Source of the DNA: Macrostomum lignano
Taxonomy: Eukaryota
DNA: 64,000 nt
Direction: 5' to 3'
Assembly (NCBI GenBank): GCA_002269645.1
Contig: NIVC01001829.1
Coordinates: 124,001 to 188,000 of the forward strand
Under the pieces are notes generated by a model. That model was not told the DNA's origin. It ran no database searches and saw nothing but the letters and a program-made list of their open reading frames with translations. Of this stretch, positions 10,351 to 20,814 are shown in pieces. Numbering within the stretch: position 1 is the first letter of the stretch; the number at the start of each line of letters is the position of its first letter. The translations under genes and the position numbers were made by a program.

Positions 10351-12042
10351 ATGCTGCAGCCGATCAAGGAAGCCATGTCTTCCACCTCAGCGCACGGACT
10401 GCCCAGAGTAGTGAGCAGCAAACCGTTGGTTGTGCGAGCTTTCTGGCTCATCCTGATGCTGCTGATGTCGGGACTCTTCTTTTACGGATTCTACCAATTC
10501 GTTGTCAAGCTGCAGTCTCGGCAGGTCACCAGCTCGCTTGATGGAAACAGTCTCAACTTCCAGTTCCCGGATGTGTACGCCTGTTTCGAGAACCCGATCT
10601 CTGGCAGCTACTCTGCTACTATTGATGAGGCATCGGCTGCTGCAATCAACGATCAGCTCAATAGCTCTCAAACCGTCCTACGGCGGGGATTGCAAATAAA
10701 CGGATTAACAGAAACTACACCCCAAGAAATGAGGCTATCCCGTGCTTATCCTCAGTCAATATCATATCAGCTGTTGATTGATGCTCTGGCTCACCGAAAC
10801 GAACAGAGCATCGTCACGAGTGACTTCAAGTTTAAGCTATTTGGAATGGCCCAGTATGCGCCCATCGAAGCGCAGACCTTCTACCATCCGATGTACTTGC
10901 GCTGTCTCAAGTGGACTCTGAACAGCACGTGGCAACAACAGATTGAACAGACCGGCTCATCATCCGGCATTGTGGTCACCCTGGTTACGGACTCGGCGTT
11001 CCAAGGACTCGCATCGAGCGGACACTCGATCCGCAAGATGGTGTACGCAGGACGAACTCTCATTCCTGTGTCCGACTGGTCGCTCGATGTCGCCGACTAC
11101 AACGGACCCGACAGACAAGCAGGTGTGAAAGTGTTCCTCACGCCTCCAGGTGAGTATCCGTCCGATTTCGTGAGCTCGTTCTCGCTTGGACCCGGAAAGT
11201 CCCACACCGTTGAGATCGACATGACGCAGCAGGTGTACAAGGCTGGTCAGTTCGACTGTCTGAGCGACCCTTCGGACGTTCAGTTCGTGAACCCGTACGA
11301 CGAGACTCCATACAAGCACTCGTACAGCTACTCGTACTGCTTCTACTACGAGTTCCACCGACAGATGCAGCAGCTCGTCAATCTGTCAAGCGATGCCGGT
11401 CCTCTTCCGTGGCCTCTGCGTGGAAAGAAGTTCGCACTTAACCTTACAGGTGATCCAAACTTCTTGGTATTTTTTAGCGACCCATCTCTGGAACCTCTCA
11501 CCACTCAGTTCGACGGAATATCGAAAGAAGCATGTAAAGCTAAGCGACTTTGCAGCACACTGCAGTACAGCGCGACCATCTCCAGTTCCGACTGGCCCAC
11601 TCAGAGCTCAATGATGCCGTTCGTCAGCAGCTCCATCAAGCCTGTTTGGATGAGGGCCAACTCTAAGAATCTGAGTGTTCCGGCTCTCGACCTCGTCGTG
11701 AACGGAAACGAGTCGATCGTGTCCTCATACATCCGCAGCAACATGCTCAAAGTGCACTTCAAGCCGCATCGAGTTCTGTGCGATCGGATGAACTTCTCGA
11801 TCGACTACGGTTTGCAGAACTTCATCTCGGACGTCGGCGGCATCATGGGCATCTACCTGGGAATGTCTCTGCTCACCCTGTGCGAGCTGTTCGAGCTCAT
11901 CTTCGACATCGCCTCCTTTGGCAGGAAGAAGACCAAAGTATCGAGCGCTCAGCAGTTGGGTGATCCGCAAGGACAACGCAAAGATATTCAAGGCTCAGAA
12001 AAGCAGCTCCCTGAAGAAGTACGTGTATCTGACGTTGAATGA
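10351..12042 (+). CDS. DEG/ENaC channel subunit, copy 3, intronless, 563 aa
   Basis: Paralog with STSAHG, TM1 and TM2 GIYLGMS. Nearly identical to copy 1 from about 10870 to 11930. Confidence 0.93.
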   Translation: MLQPIKEAMSSTSAHGLPRVVSSKPLVVRAFWLILMLLMSGLFFYGFYQFVVKLQSRQVTSSLDGNSLNFQFPDVYACFENPISGSYSATIDEASAAAINDQLNSSQTVLRRGLQINGLTETTPQEMRLSRAYPQSISYQLLIDALAHRNEQSIVTSDFKFKLFGMAQYAPIEAQTFYHPMYLRCLKWTLNSTWQQQIEQTGSSSGIVVTLVTDSAFQGLASSGHSIRKMVYAGRTLIPVSDWSLDVADYNGPDRQAGVKVFLTPPGEYPSDFVSSFSLGPGKSHTVEIDMTQQVYKAGQFDCLSDPSDVQFVNPYDETPYKHSYSYSYCFYYEFHRQMQQLVNLSSDAGPLPWPLRGKKFALNLTGDPNFLVFFSDPSLEPLTTQFDGISKEACKAKRLCSTLQYSATISSSDWPTQSSMMPFVSSSIKPVWMRANSKNLSVPALDLVVNGNESIVSSYIRSNMLKVHFKPHRVLCDRMNFSIDYGLQNFISDVGGIMGIYLGMSLLTLCELFELIFDIASFGRKKTKVSSAQQLGDPQGQRKDIQGSEKQLPEEVRVSDVE

Positions 12043-12409
12043 TGCTGTTATTATAATAGTCTTGTTTGCCTATTTAACGATAAGCAAATATTAGTCCATG
12101 AAGTTTCTTTGTTCTTTTTTGTCCCTTAAGTATTGCCTCAGGCGTACTTTGGTCGCGATATAACTACTAATAATTGCGAACTTACCAATTATTACGAACT
12201 ATTTATTAATGCAATAACCGTACATATTATATTCCTTTTTTTCTTCGTTTTCGTGATTAGAAATTCTTGTTGTCAGAAAAGTATGTTCACCGTTCACTTT
12301 TAATCGCGATTAGCAACGAGCAACACTGTAAACTGTTCAAATTAGAGATGAATCAAAAAGCCGCAGTCGATTAACTTTTTTAACAAATTTGTTTAGTATA
12401 GTTATTTAA

Positions 12410-14404
12410 CCATGAGCGGGCGGATGGCCCGATTTCGGGTCATCCCACCAGCACCGAAGCGAACGGCTGTGCGTTTGTAAAAGTCTATGGCAAATCAATC
12501 ATCATCTCAGCACACCCGTTCCCGACGGGAATGGCCCGATTTCGGGTCAGTGTCTAAGAATGTTGCAAATAGTAGATGACGCAAAAATGAGAATTTTTAG
12601 CTTAGATATGTCATACCTGTAGTTTTAATAATTCGTTTATACTGAGGAAGTTTTCAACAAAACTGTAAAAATTGCTTGTAGGAAGTAAGCTTGTTCCCAA
12701 TGAAGCCGGAATAGTCTAATTACATGACTTATAAGGGACAATTTCCAAGTAGGAAAAGATGCAAACACTGGAGCATGTGTCAGATACGAGTAAGCAGGAT
12801 GGTACAATGAGTAGGTGGTTAGGTACATGTGGGTAGACGATGAAAGGGAACGGCCAGTAAAGGGATTGTGCCTGAATAGGAGACTCAAAACTGTGCATGC
12901 ACTTGCACGAGACTGCAATAGAGCCGAAAAAAATCATAAACGAATATTGCAACGCATAACAATTCAGTTAAATAACGAACATTAACACCAACAAAAATTC
13001 GATTGCACCACCGCGACGGTTGCGTTGAACCTGAATGCATTCTTTCTTGCCCACCGTGTCCAGCAAATACAAAGTCTTGGTGCCGCTTTGCTTCCTGTCG
13101 ACAAATTTACACGCTAAGAGGTCACCTGAACGTGCGAATGCAGATGAAGTTGGGTGGATGTTGACAGCCTGCAAATCAGCGGGAATGCCGCGATCCTTCC
13201 GCACCGTCCCGGCCAGCAGCGTATCGTGTTGCAGCAACCAATCGGCCAGCCGGCGTGATGTAAACCAACTATCAGTGAACACATGATGTCCGAGATGGAG
13301 GAGACCGCGGCACAGCTCTGCCACAACTCTCTCGCTCATACTCAAGCCTTGACATCCGAGTCCTTCACCAAACTGTTGATTAACCTCAGGAGACGTGTGT
13401 ATGACGAAGTTCCATAAATATGAACTCTCAGTCTCGCAGAGGCAGTACAGCTCTATGCCATACTTGCTTCGCTTCGATGGGATATATTGCTTGAAAGCAA
13501 CTCTCCCTTTGTAAAGCACCAGCGTCTCAACAATTGAAAGTCGCTGTCGGGGCATGTAGTTATTGCTGCAGAGGTGCCTCACACGATCGAGAAAGGGCTT
13601 CACCTTTGCCAATGGACCAGCACCTAAAGCCTCGGAGCAGTCGTAGAAACGGAGACACGACAGGAGCTGGTTAAATCGCGCTCTTGATAGAGAGAAAAGC
13701 TTGGAAAGAAACGGGCAGTGAAAGATCAGGTCGGTTGACCAGTAGCTGGCTATTTCTGGCTTCTTGTCGACTCCCATGAGCAGCACAATGCCCACCAACT
13801 TTTCGAGCTTCATTAGTCGAGCAATCACGCCAGTTTAACACCAGCTTCGGTACAGCATCCTGAGTCTCTGCCTCCTGAAAGATCTTCCAAGCTTTTGCGT
13901 TGGTCCATCAGCTAATATCTTCAAACAGTTGATCCGTCAGAAATAGCTTCAGGAAAGCTTCTTCGTTTCCATCCGCAGCATGTGGAGAATGCCAATCAGG
14001 TCGTGCACCGGGGGTACCGAGGAATTCAGGCAAGGCTGATGGTCGATTATCAGTGTCAGCTTGGACCATGTGCCACTGCCACTCACCAACGTGTTCGACT
14101 CCTGGGTTCTCTACCTCATCTTCAAACTCATCAACGGCCTCGTCAGCAGTTGAGTAATAGCTAGACGAATCAGCTGAATCCGAACTCGCACCAGAATCCA
14201 TGGTATGTTGATAAACGATTAGTTTGAATGGATCTTGGAAACTCTATGCTAGAACTCTATGGAATGCATTTGAATTTAACAGCTCCCGACGTCTATGGGT
14301 GTGAAAGTTAGACTAAGAAAATTTGTCTAATTTGTCTTTGGCCTGATTTCGGACCAAGCCGTCGGGAACGGGTATGCTAGCAGGCAAAGCCAGTCTTGCA
14401 GTGG
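12410..14404 (-). mobile_element. Defective piggyBac DNA transposon, about 2 kb
   Basis: TTAA at 12406-12409 precedes CCATGAGCGGGCGGATGGCCCGATTTCGGGTCA. A subterminal block (about 12509-12551) recurs inverted and degenerate at about 14339-14378. The right end TGG|TTAT at 14404 looks like a mutated TTAA. It encloses a transposase pseudogene. Confidence 0.7.
12968..14201 (-). pseudogene. piggyBac-type (DDE_Tnp_1_7/PGBD-like) transposase pseudogene
   Basis: Motifs LVGIVLLMG, YWSTD, SRARFNQLLSCLRF, YKGRVAFKQYIPSKRSKYG, VFTDSWFTS, GTVRKDRG. There is a premature TGA at 13908-13910 (EDIS*WTNA), a +1 frameshift near 13812, SIVET where the catalytic SIDE is expected, and no recognisable C-terminal YN..MGGVD region. 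Confidence 0.88.
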
Positions 14405-14869
14405 TTATTTTAATGCATGCTTTTACATTACATGTACATTGTAGATAAAAGAATGTAAAAAAATTATTGAGATCGTGAGATTGAGTCAGTTGAGAAAACT
14501 TTATATAAACTAGCATATGCACTTTTGTGGTTCATAGGATAGAGGATTTCGTCTTTTGAGCCTTCTAACATACTAAATTTTATTAGGTTTCTGGTATGAC
14601 GAGTTATCGTTCAGGTTTCGCGGCTCCATATAGGTGTAAGCTGCTGTAACACGCAAAAACCTGTGCACTTATCAGCAAGCATAGCGCGCGAAGGAACAAA
14701 AGCGCATGGCCAGAAACAATTGCACAGTATGCACATAGTATTCGTGCACAAGTGATCCGCATTCAATTACACCGTAACTATACTCCAAATGCAGTGCAGA
14801 CTCTAAGTCCTAAGTCCTCTTTTCTTTCTTTATTCCCTTTTAGATTAGCGCTGTCGAAATTGAGTGCAG

Positions 14870-15115
14870 TTTGCCGAAATTGAAAATCAGTTTTGGGTAT
14901 AGATGCGTACCTATTTACATAGACAGTCTGTGTCACGAGGCGCTAGCTGCCGAAATTGAATATACGATGCCGAAATTGAATGCAGTTTGCCGAAGTTGAA
15001 TATCAGTTTGTCTAAATAGAAACTCGAGTTGCCGAAATTGGTTCTCGGTTTGTCGAATTCCAATGCAGTTTGGATGTGCGGCCATAGCTGATGCCAGTTT
15101 GCCGAAATTGAATGC
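14870..15115. repeat. Cluster of (T)GCCGAAATTGA motifs
   Basis: About 8-9 dispersed copies of GCCGAAATTG / GCCGAAGTTG in 250 bp. Confidence 0.6.
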
Positions 15116-15889
15116 AGTTTTATCGAAATAGAACGCAAAAAGGTGTATTTTTTGTGAGGACGGCCTACGATCAATTATCTATCTTGCGTCTCGCGATGAC
15201 GATCCGCATGCAAATGACGTAAACCTATAGCCTTACGCCATCCTCACGATATTTGAAAACATGCACTCCTTGTGCTACACCTTCTGCAGTCTCCGTGGCA
15301 AACATGAAATACTCATTGTGACAGATATGCGACTGCCAAGCAACCCGGCTTAGGTCAGGGATTTTATCGTCATCAACAGATCATACATGGGATCATGTGT
15401 AAATAAAAAAGGGTGGAAGCTAAATCAGTTGGAAAATCAGTAGTGTGCATGGTACATGTAATTGTATTTGTAAGGGTATACAGAAAAGGCGAACGAACTC
15501 TCTCATGTAGGAAGCAGAACCTTTCAGTCCAGTCGAGATGTTGAAAGGAATTCGGTGGGCGGCGTGGTCCTCCTTCGGTAGGCTAGGCGATCGTACCTGG
15601 CCTACAGTCGCACGCCTACTACTAAACGCATCGTACTGTGTACATGTACATGTGCTGCTTTCCAAAAAGACCCATGCAGCTGAAAGCGTACTGTAAGCTG
15701 TATATTCTGCTTTTGCTGTTTCTGTCGCACCAGATACATGGGTTTTACTGTAATTATAAGGGCCTCTAGTATTTCTATTCAAGTCAGTTGCTTTTTGAAT
15801 GTACACTGTATAAAGAGCTATAGCTACTACTAGCAATCTACGCCCCCCGTTGGGGAGCCAAATAAATGCAATACACGTTTTTTTAATAA

Positions 15890-16900
15890 GCTACATGTAT
15901 CCTTGAAATCTTAAAAAATCTCCTTTCAAACCTTGTAAGCCTTGACATGTCAGTAATTCCCCCCCCACAAGCTTTGACATATCAACTTCCCCCCTTGACA
16001 TCTCAGCAATGCCCCCAATAAGCCTTGGAAATCTAAAAATATCTGTCAACCTTCTAACCCTAGCCTAACCCTAACCCTAACCCTAGCCCTAACCCTAACC
16101 CTAACCCTAACCTAACATTGAAATTTCAGTAATTCTCTCTAAGAGTCACTATAGCACTACTACAGCATTATAGCGATTTCCTGCAAGCCTCGACATCGTA
16201 GGGATTCCCAAATGAATCTCTTAACTTCGACATGAAGCTTCTTTTATTTTTTACATTACGCTTTTTTTATCAGCGATCCCTCCCCTGAGGAGGCATCAAA
16301 TAATGTAATAAAAAGTTTTCAATAAACTACATGTAGCTTCTGACTTTAGCCTTGAAATCTCATTTATACCCCGTGAGCCTTGACATCTCAGCTATTCCCC
16401 CGTAAGCCTTAACATGTCAGCGATGGCCTCCATAAACCTTGAAATCTAAAAAATCCCCTGTTATTCTGTTAACCTTGAAACCCGATAAAATATAACCCTC
16501 AACCCACACCTGACCTAAACCTAACTTTAACCCAACCTAAAGCCTTGAAATCTCAGCAATTCTTCTCCCCTAAGCCTTGACATTTTAGTGATTCCTTCTT
16601 TAAGAATCACAGCACTATAACGATTTCCACCAAGCTTTGACATCGTAGCAATTCCCAAATGAATCTTTTAACTTGAACATGACTTTTCTTTTATGTATAG
16701 CTCGTAGATACGCTCGTAGTGCTACTTTTATTTTTTACATGACTCTTCTTCTATAAGCGCCTCCCGTGGCGAGCCAACAAAGAATGCAATAAAAAAATTG
16801 AGTAAAGTACATGAACTTTGAAGTAGCTTCTGACTTTTGCTTTGACATCTCAGAAACCCCCCCCCCGTAATCTCAGCAGTTATTCTCTGAGAGCCTTTAC
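15890..16900. repeat. Degenerate repeat of roughly 430-480-bp units with CCTTGACAT/CCTTGAAAT motifs
   Basis: TACATG...CCTTGAAATCT blocks recur near 15893, 16328 and 16808. AATTCCCAAATGAATCT-type blocks recur near 16204 and 16650. Confidence 0.5.
16054..16116. repeat. Interstitial telomere-like (CCCTAA)n tract
   Basis: CTAACCCTAGCCTAACCCTAACCCTAACCCTAGCCCTAACCCTAACCCTAACCCTAACCTAAC. Confidence 0.8.
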
Positions 16901-16959
16901 GTCTCAGTTTTTCTCCCCAGCACAGCATTATAGCTGCATTTAATTTTTGATTTTTATGA

Positions 16960-19107
16960 TTTTCTATGATTTTTAAATGACGCTTCTACGATTTTTACAT
17001 GACGCTTCTATGATTTTTTAAATGACGCTTCTATGATTGTTTACATGACGCTTCTATGATTGTTTACATGACGCTTCTATGATTTTTTACATGACGCTTC
17101 TATGATTGTTTACATGACGCTTCTATGATTGTTTGCATGACGCTTCTATGATTGTTTACATGACGCTTCTATGATTCTTTACGTGACGCTTTTATGATTT
17201 TCACATGACGCTTCTATGATTTTTTAAATGACGCATCTATGATTTTTATATGACGCTTCTATGATTTTTTTAAATGACGCTTCCATGATTTTTTAAATGA
17301 CGCATCTATGATTTTTGCATGACGCTTCTATGATTTTTTAAATGACGCTTCTACGATTTTTTACATGACGCTTCTATGATTGTTTACATGACGCTTCTAT
17401 GATTTTTTTACATGACGCTTCTATAATTGTTTACATGACGCTTCTATGATTTTTTAAATGACGCTTCTATGATTGTTTACATGATGCTTTTATGATTGCT
17501 TACATGACGCTTCTATGATTGTTTACATGACGCTTCTATGATTGTTTACATGACGCTTCTATGATTGCTTACATGACGCTTCTATGATTGTTTACATGAC
17601 GCTTCTATGATTGTTTACATGACGCTTCTATGGTTGTTTACATGACGCTTCTATGATTTTTACATGACGCTTCTATGATTTTTTATATGACGCTTCTATG
17701 ATTTTTTTAAATGATGCATCTATGATTTTTATATGACGCTTCTATGATTTTTTACATGACGCTTCTATGATTGTTTACATGACGCTTCTATGATTTTTTA
17801 AATGACGCATCTATGATTTTTGCATGACGCTTCTATGATTTTTTAAATGACGCTTCTACGATTTTTTACATGACGCTTCTATGATTGTTTAAATGACGCT
17901 TCTATGATTGTTTACATGACGCTTCTATGATTGTTTACATGACGCTTCTATGATTTTTTTACATGACGCTTCTATAATTGTTTACATGACGCTTCTATGA
18001 TTTTTTACATGACGCTTCTATGATTGTTTACATGACGCTTCTATGATTCTTTACGTGACGCTTCTATGATTTTCACATGACGCTTCTATGATTGTTTACA
18101 TGACGCTTCTATGATTTTTTAAATGACGCATCTATGATTTTTATATGACGCTTCTATGATTTTTTTAAATGACGCTTCTATGATTGTTTACATGATGCTT
18201 CTATGATTTTTTAAATGACGCATCTATGATTTTTATATGATGCTTCTATGATTTTTTAAATGACGCTTCTATGATTGTTTACATGATGCTTCTATGGTTT
18301 TTTAAATGACGCATCTATGATTTTTATATGATGCTTCTATGATTTTTTAAATGACGCATCTATGATTTTTATATGACGCTTCTATAATTTTTTATATGAC
18401 GCTTCTACGATTTTTTTACATGACGCTACTATGATTTTTACATGACGCTTCTTTTTAAAAAGTCTTTTAGTTTTCCTGACGTTGAAAAGCTTTAATTAAA
18501 AAAATTATACTCTATGAAAATTCGAACCATCGTCGCTGCATTTAGCAGTTCAGTCTGTTCACCTCTAGGCATCTATGATGCATCTATGATTTTTATATGA
18601 CGCTTCTATGATTTTTTACATGACGCTTCTATGATTGTTTACATGACGCTTCCATGATTTTTTAAATGACGCATCTATGATTTTTGCATGACGCTTCTAT
18701 GATTTTTTAAATGACGCTTCTACGATTTTTTACATGACGCTTCTATGATTGTTTACATGACGCTTCTATGATTGTTTACATGACGCTTCTATGATTGTTT
18801 ACATGACGCTTCTATGATTTTTTACATGACGCTTCTATAATTGTTTACATGACGCTTCTATGATTTTTTAAATGACGCTTCTATGATTGTTTACATGATG
18901 CTTCTATGATTTTTTAAATGACGCATCTATGATTTTTATATGATGCTTCTATGATTTTTTAAATGACGCTTCTATGATTGTTTACATGATGCTTCTATGG
19001 TTTTTTAAATGACGCATCTATGATTTTTATATGATGCTTCTATGAATTTTTATATGACGCTTCTACGATTTTTTACATGACGCTACTATGATTTTTACAT
19101 GACGCTT
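16960..19107. repeat. 23-26-bp minisatellite (CATGACGCTTCTATGATTGTTTA) with a 657-bp higher-order duplication
   Basis: About 80 tandem units. A unique 120-bp block at 18451-18570 is repeated exactly at 19108-19227 (offset 657). Confidence 0.92.
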
Positions 19108-19379
19108 CTTTTTAAAAAGTCTTTTAGTTTTCCTGACGTTGAAAAGCTTTAATTAAAAAAATTATACTCTATGAAAATTCGAACCATCGTCGCTGCATTT
19201 AGCAGTTCAGTCTGTTCACCTCTAGGCTAGTTCTCATCTTTTTGATAACATCAAATTTTGCACTTATATATATATATATAATTCAACAGTTTAAAATCCA
19301 AGCATAGAGTAAATCACACGAAGCAGTTATGACATAATCAGTTTCTCAGTCAGTCAGTATCAGTTAACAATATGGTTAC

Positions 19380-19695
19380 GCAATTTAAATCAAGTCTGGT
19401 GCTACGCTTCCACACTGCATTTTCAATTCAAGTCGGAGTTACAATTCAGTGATGATGCAATCTATTTCAGAACCAGAATTCAACCAGTCAGTTTTTTCTC
19501 TAGCATTCTTACAATGCATTTCAAGTCGAAAAGTTTGCTTGACCTTTGCAAAAAAGCATGTTTTTCGAATATTTAATGCCTTTAGCATCGAGCAATTTCT
19601 TAGCCGCGATGCATGTACAGTCACGGGAAAATTTCTGATCGAACAGTGCAAGTTTGAACAAAATCGGTCCAGCCATTTTTTCTCTAATCGATCAC

Positions 19696-19732
<37 letters not shown>

Positions 19733-19765
19733 CACAGACAGACCATTTTTAGTATATAGGACTAG
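19380..19765 (+). mobile_element. Probable non-autonomous Helitron/Helentron-like element with an internal (GATA)n/(GACA) microsatellite
   Basis: CAAGTTTGAACAAAATCGGTCCAGCC, then (TAGA)n-CAGACAGAC, then TTTTAGTATATAGGACTAG|T. The CTAG end before T resembles Lep1/DINE-type elements. The 5' limit is approximate. Confidence 0.4.
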
Positions 19766-19789
19766 TAGCTATACGTACTTAGCTATATG

Positions 19790-19989
19790 TGTAATATTTT
19801 ATTCCTTGCCTTAGAGGCAGTCCGAACTGTTAGCAATCGTGACAAATAATTAGCTGAATCATCGTATTGATTTAATGTACGTTCGCTCTCTATGTACATC
19901 GCAGGCTTAACTTCAACTTGCATAAATAAAGCGATCACTGCCTCACGGGGCCTTCGTGTTTTTGGTGCTGCCAAATACCGCGTGTTACA
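19790..19989 (+). repeat. 5' LTR
   Basis: TGTAATATTTTATTCC...CGCGTGTTACA; 4 mismatches to 24255-24454. Confidence 0.96.
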
Positions 19990-19991
19990 AG

Positions 19992-20002
19992 TGGTAGCAG
20001 AG
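19992..20002 (+). promoter_or_regulatory. Primer-binding site complementary to the initiator tRNA-Met 3' end
   Basis: TGGTAGCAGAG lies 2 bp after the 5' LTR and is the reverse complement of CUCUGCUACCA, the 3' end of eukaryotic tRNA-iMet. Confidence 0.88.
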
Positions 20003-20008
20003 TGTACT

Positions 20009-20800
20009 ATGGCAGAGGGTGGCAGTCACCGTGCGATTCCTAGGGCGTTCAGCTCAGGCAACTTTAAGGAGTGGCTCCAGCGGTTTGAGCTGTGCGCGGC
20101 AGCCAACAAGTGGGTAAATGACAAGCATTTGCACCTGCCAACGTTTTTGGATGGTGAGGCTCTGGCTGTTTTTCTTGAGCTCGACGAGAATAGCAAGAGC
20201 GACTACAGCAAAGTGACCAAAGCTCTGAGCCAGGCATTTCACCCGGACAGCCAGCAATTCTCAGCGCTGGATGCATTCGAGAGCCGGAAGCTGCTGCCGG
20301 GCGAATCTCCTCGGCTCTTTCTCTATCACCTGAAGCAGCTGCTAAAGGACGCTGGCATCAGCGAGGCAGGCGCAACGGCCACCATGCTGACTCACCAGTT
20401 CATCCGCGGACTGCCGGTGGACATCAGCAAGCAGATCAGAGCGGACGCGTCAGCCAAGACCGTGAGTGACGCTCTCGCACGGGCACAACTGCTACTGGAG
20501 CTGCCTTCTGCCACCACGGACGGATTCAAGCAGCCTCTTGCAGCGGCAGCCGGAGCTGCAGGCAGCGCGGAGACGGCAGAACTGCGGGCTGCGGTCAGCT
20601 CGCTGCAGGCGACGGTCCAAGACCTGGCGGCAAAGCTGGGCTCAGAGGTTTCGGACTCCTGCGCGATTCGCAGTGCGAGGAGACAGCGCGAGGTGACCTG
20701 CTGGAACTGCCACCGCCGCGGCCACATCGCCAGGAACTGCAATCAGCCGCCGGGATACGGCACAGGCCGGGGCAGAGCCCGCACCCCTGGCCAGTTCTGA
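20009..20800 (+). CDS. gag: Retrotransposon Gag with CCHC zinc knuckle
   Basis: First ATG after the primer site (MAEGGSHRAIPRAFSSGNFKEWLQRFELCAAANKW...); CWNCHRRGHIARNC knuckle near the C-terminus. Confidence 0.92.
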   Translation: MAEGGSHRAIPRAFSSGNFKEWLQRFELCAAANKWVNDKHLHLPTFLDGEALAVFLELDENSKSDYSKVTKALSQAFHPDSQQFSALDAFESRKLLPGESPRLFLYHLKQLLKDAGISEAGATATMLTHQFIRGLPVDISKQIRADASAKTVSDALARAQLLLELPSATTDGFKQPLAAAAGAAGSAETAELRAAVSSLQATVQDLAAKLGSEVSDSCAIRSARRQREVTCWNCHRRGHIARNCNQPPGYGTGRGRARTPGQF

Positions 20801-20814
20801 GCGCGGGCCCCAGC

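Noticed and set aside
15420-15836. 138-aa minus-strand ORF
   Set aside because: Non-ATG start, no recognisable motif, and no GC3 bias like the real exons.
16960-19227. CRISPR-like array (23-26-bp repeats)
   Set aside because: Units are directly adjacent with no unique spacers, no cas genes are present, and the context is eukaryotic. The same applies to all other tandem arrays here.
19892-20008. Upstream extension of gag from an ATG at 19892
   Set aside because: It begins inside the 5' LTR, upstream of the primer-binding site; the first ATG after the primer site (20009) is the plausible start.
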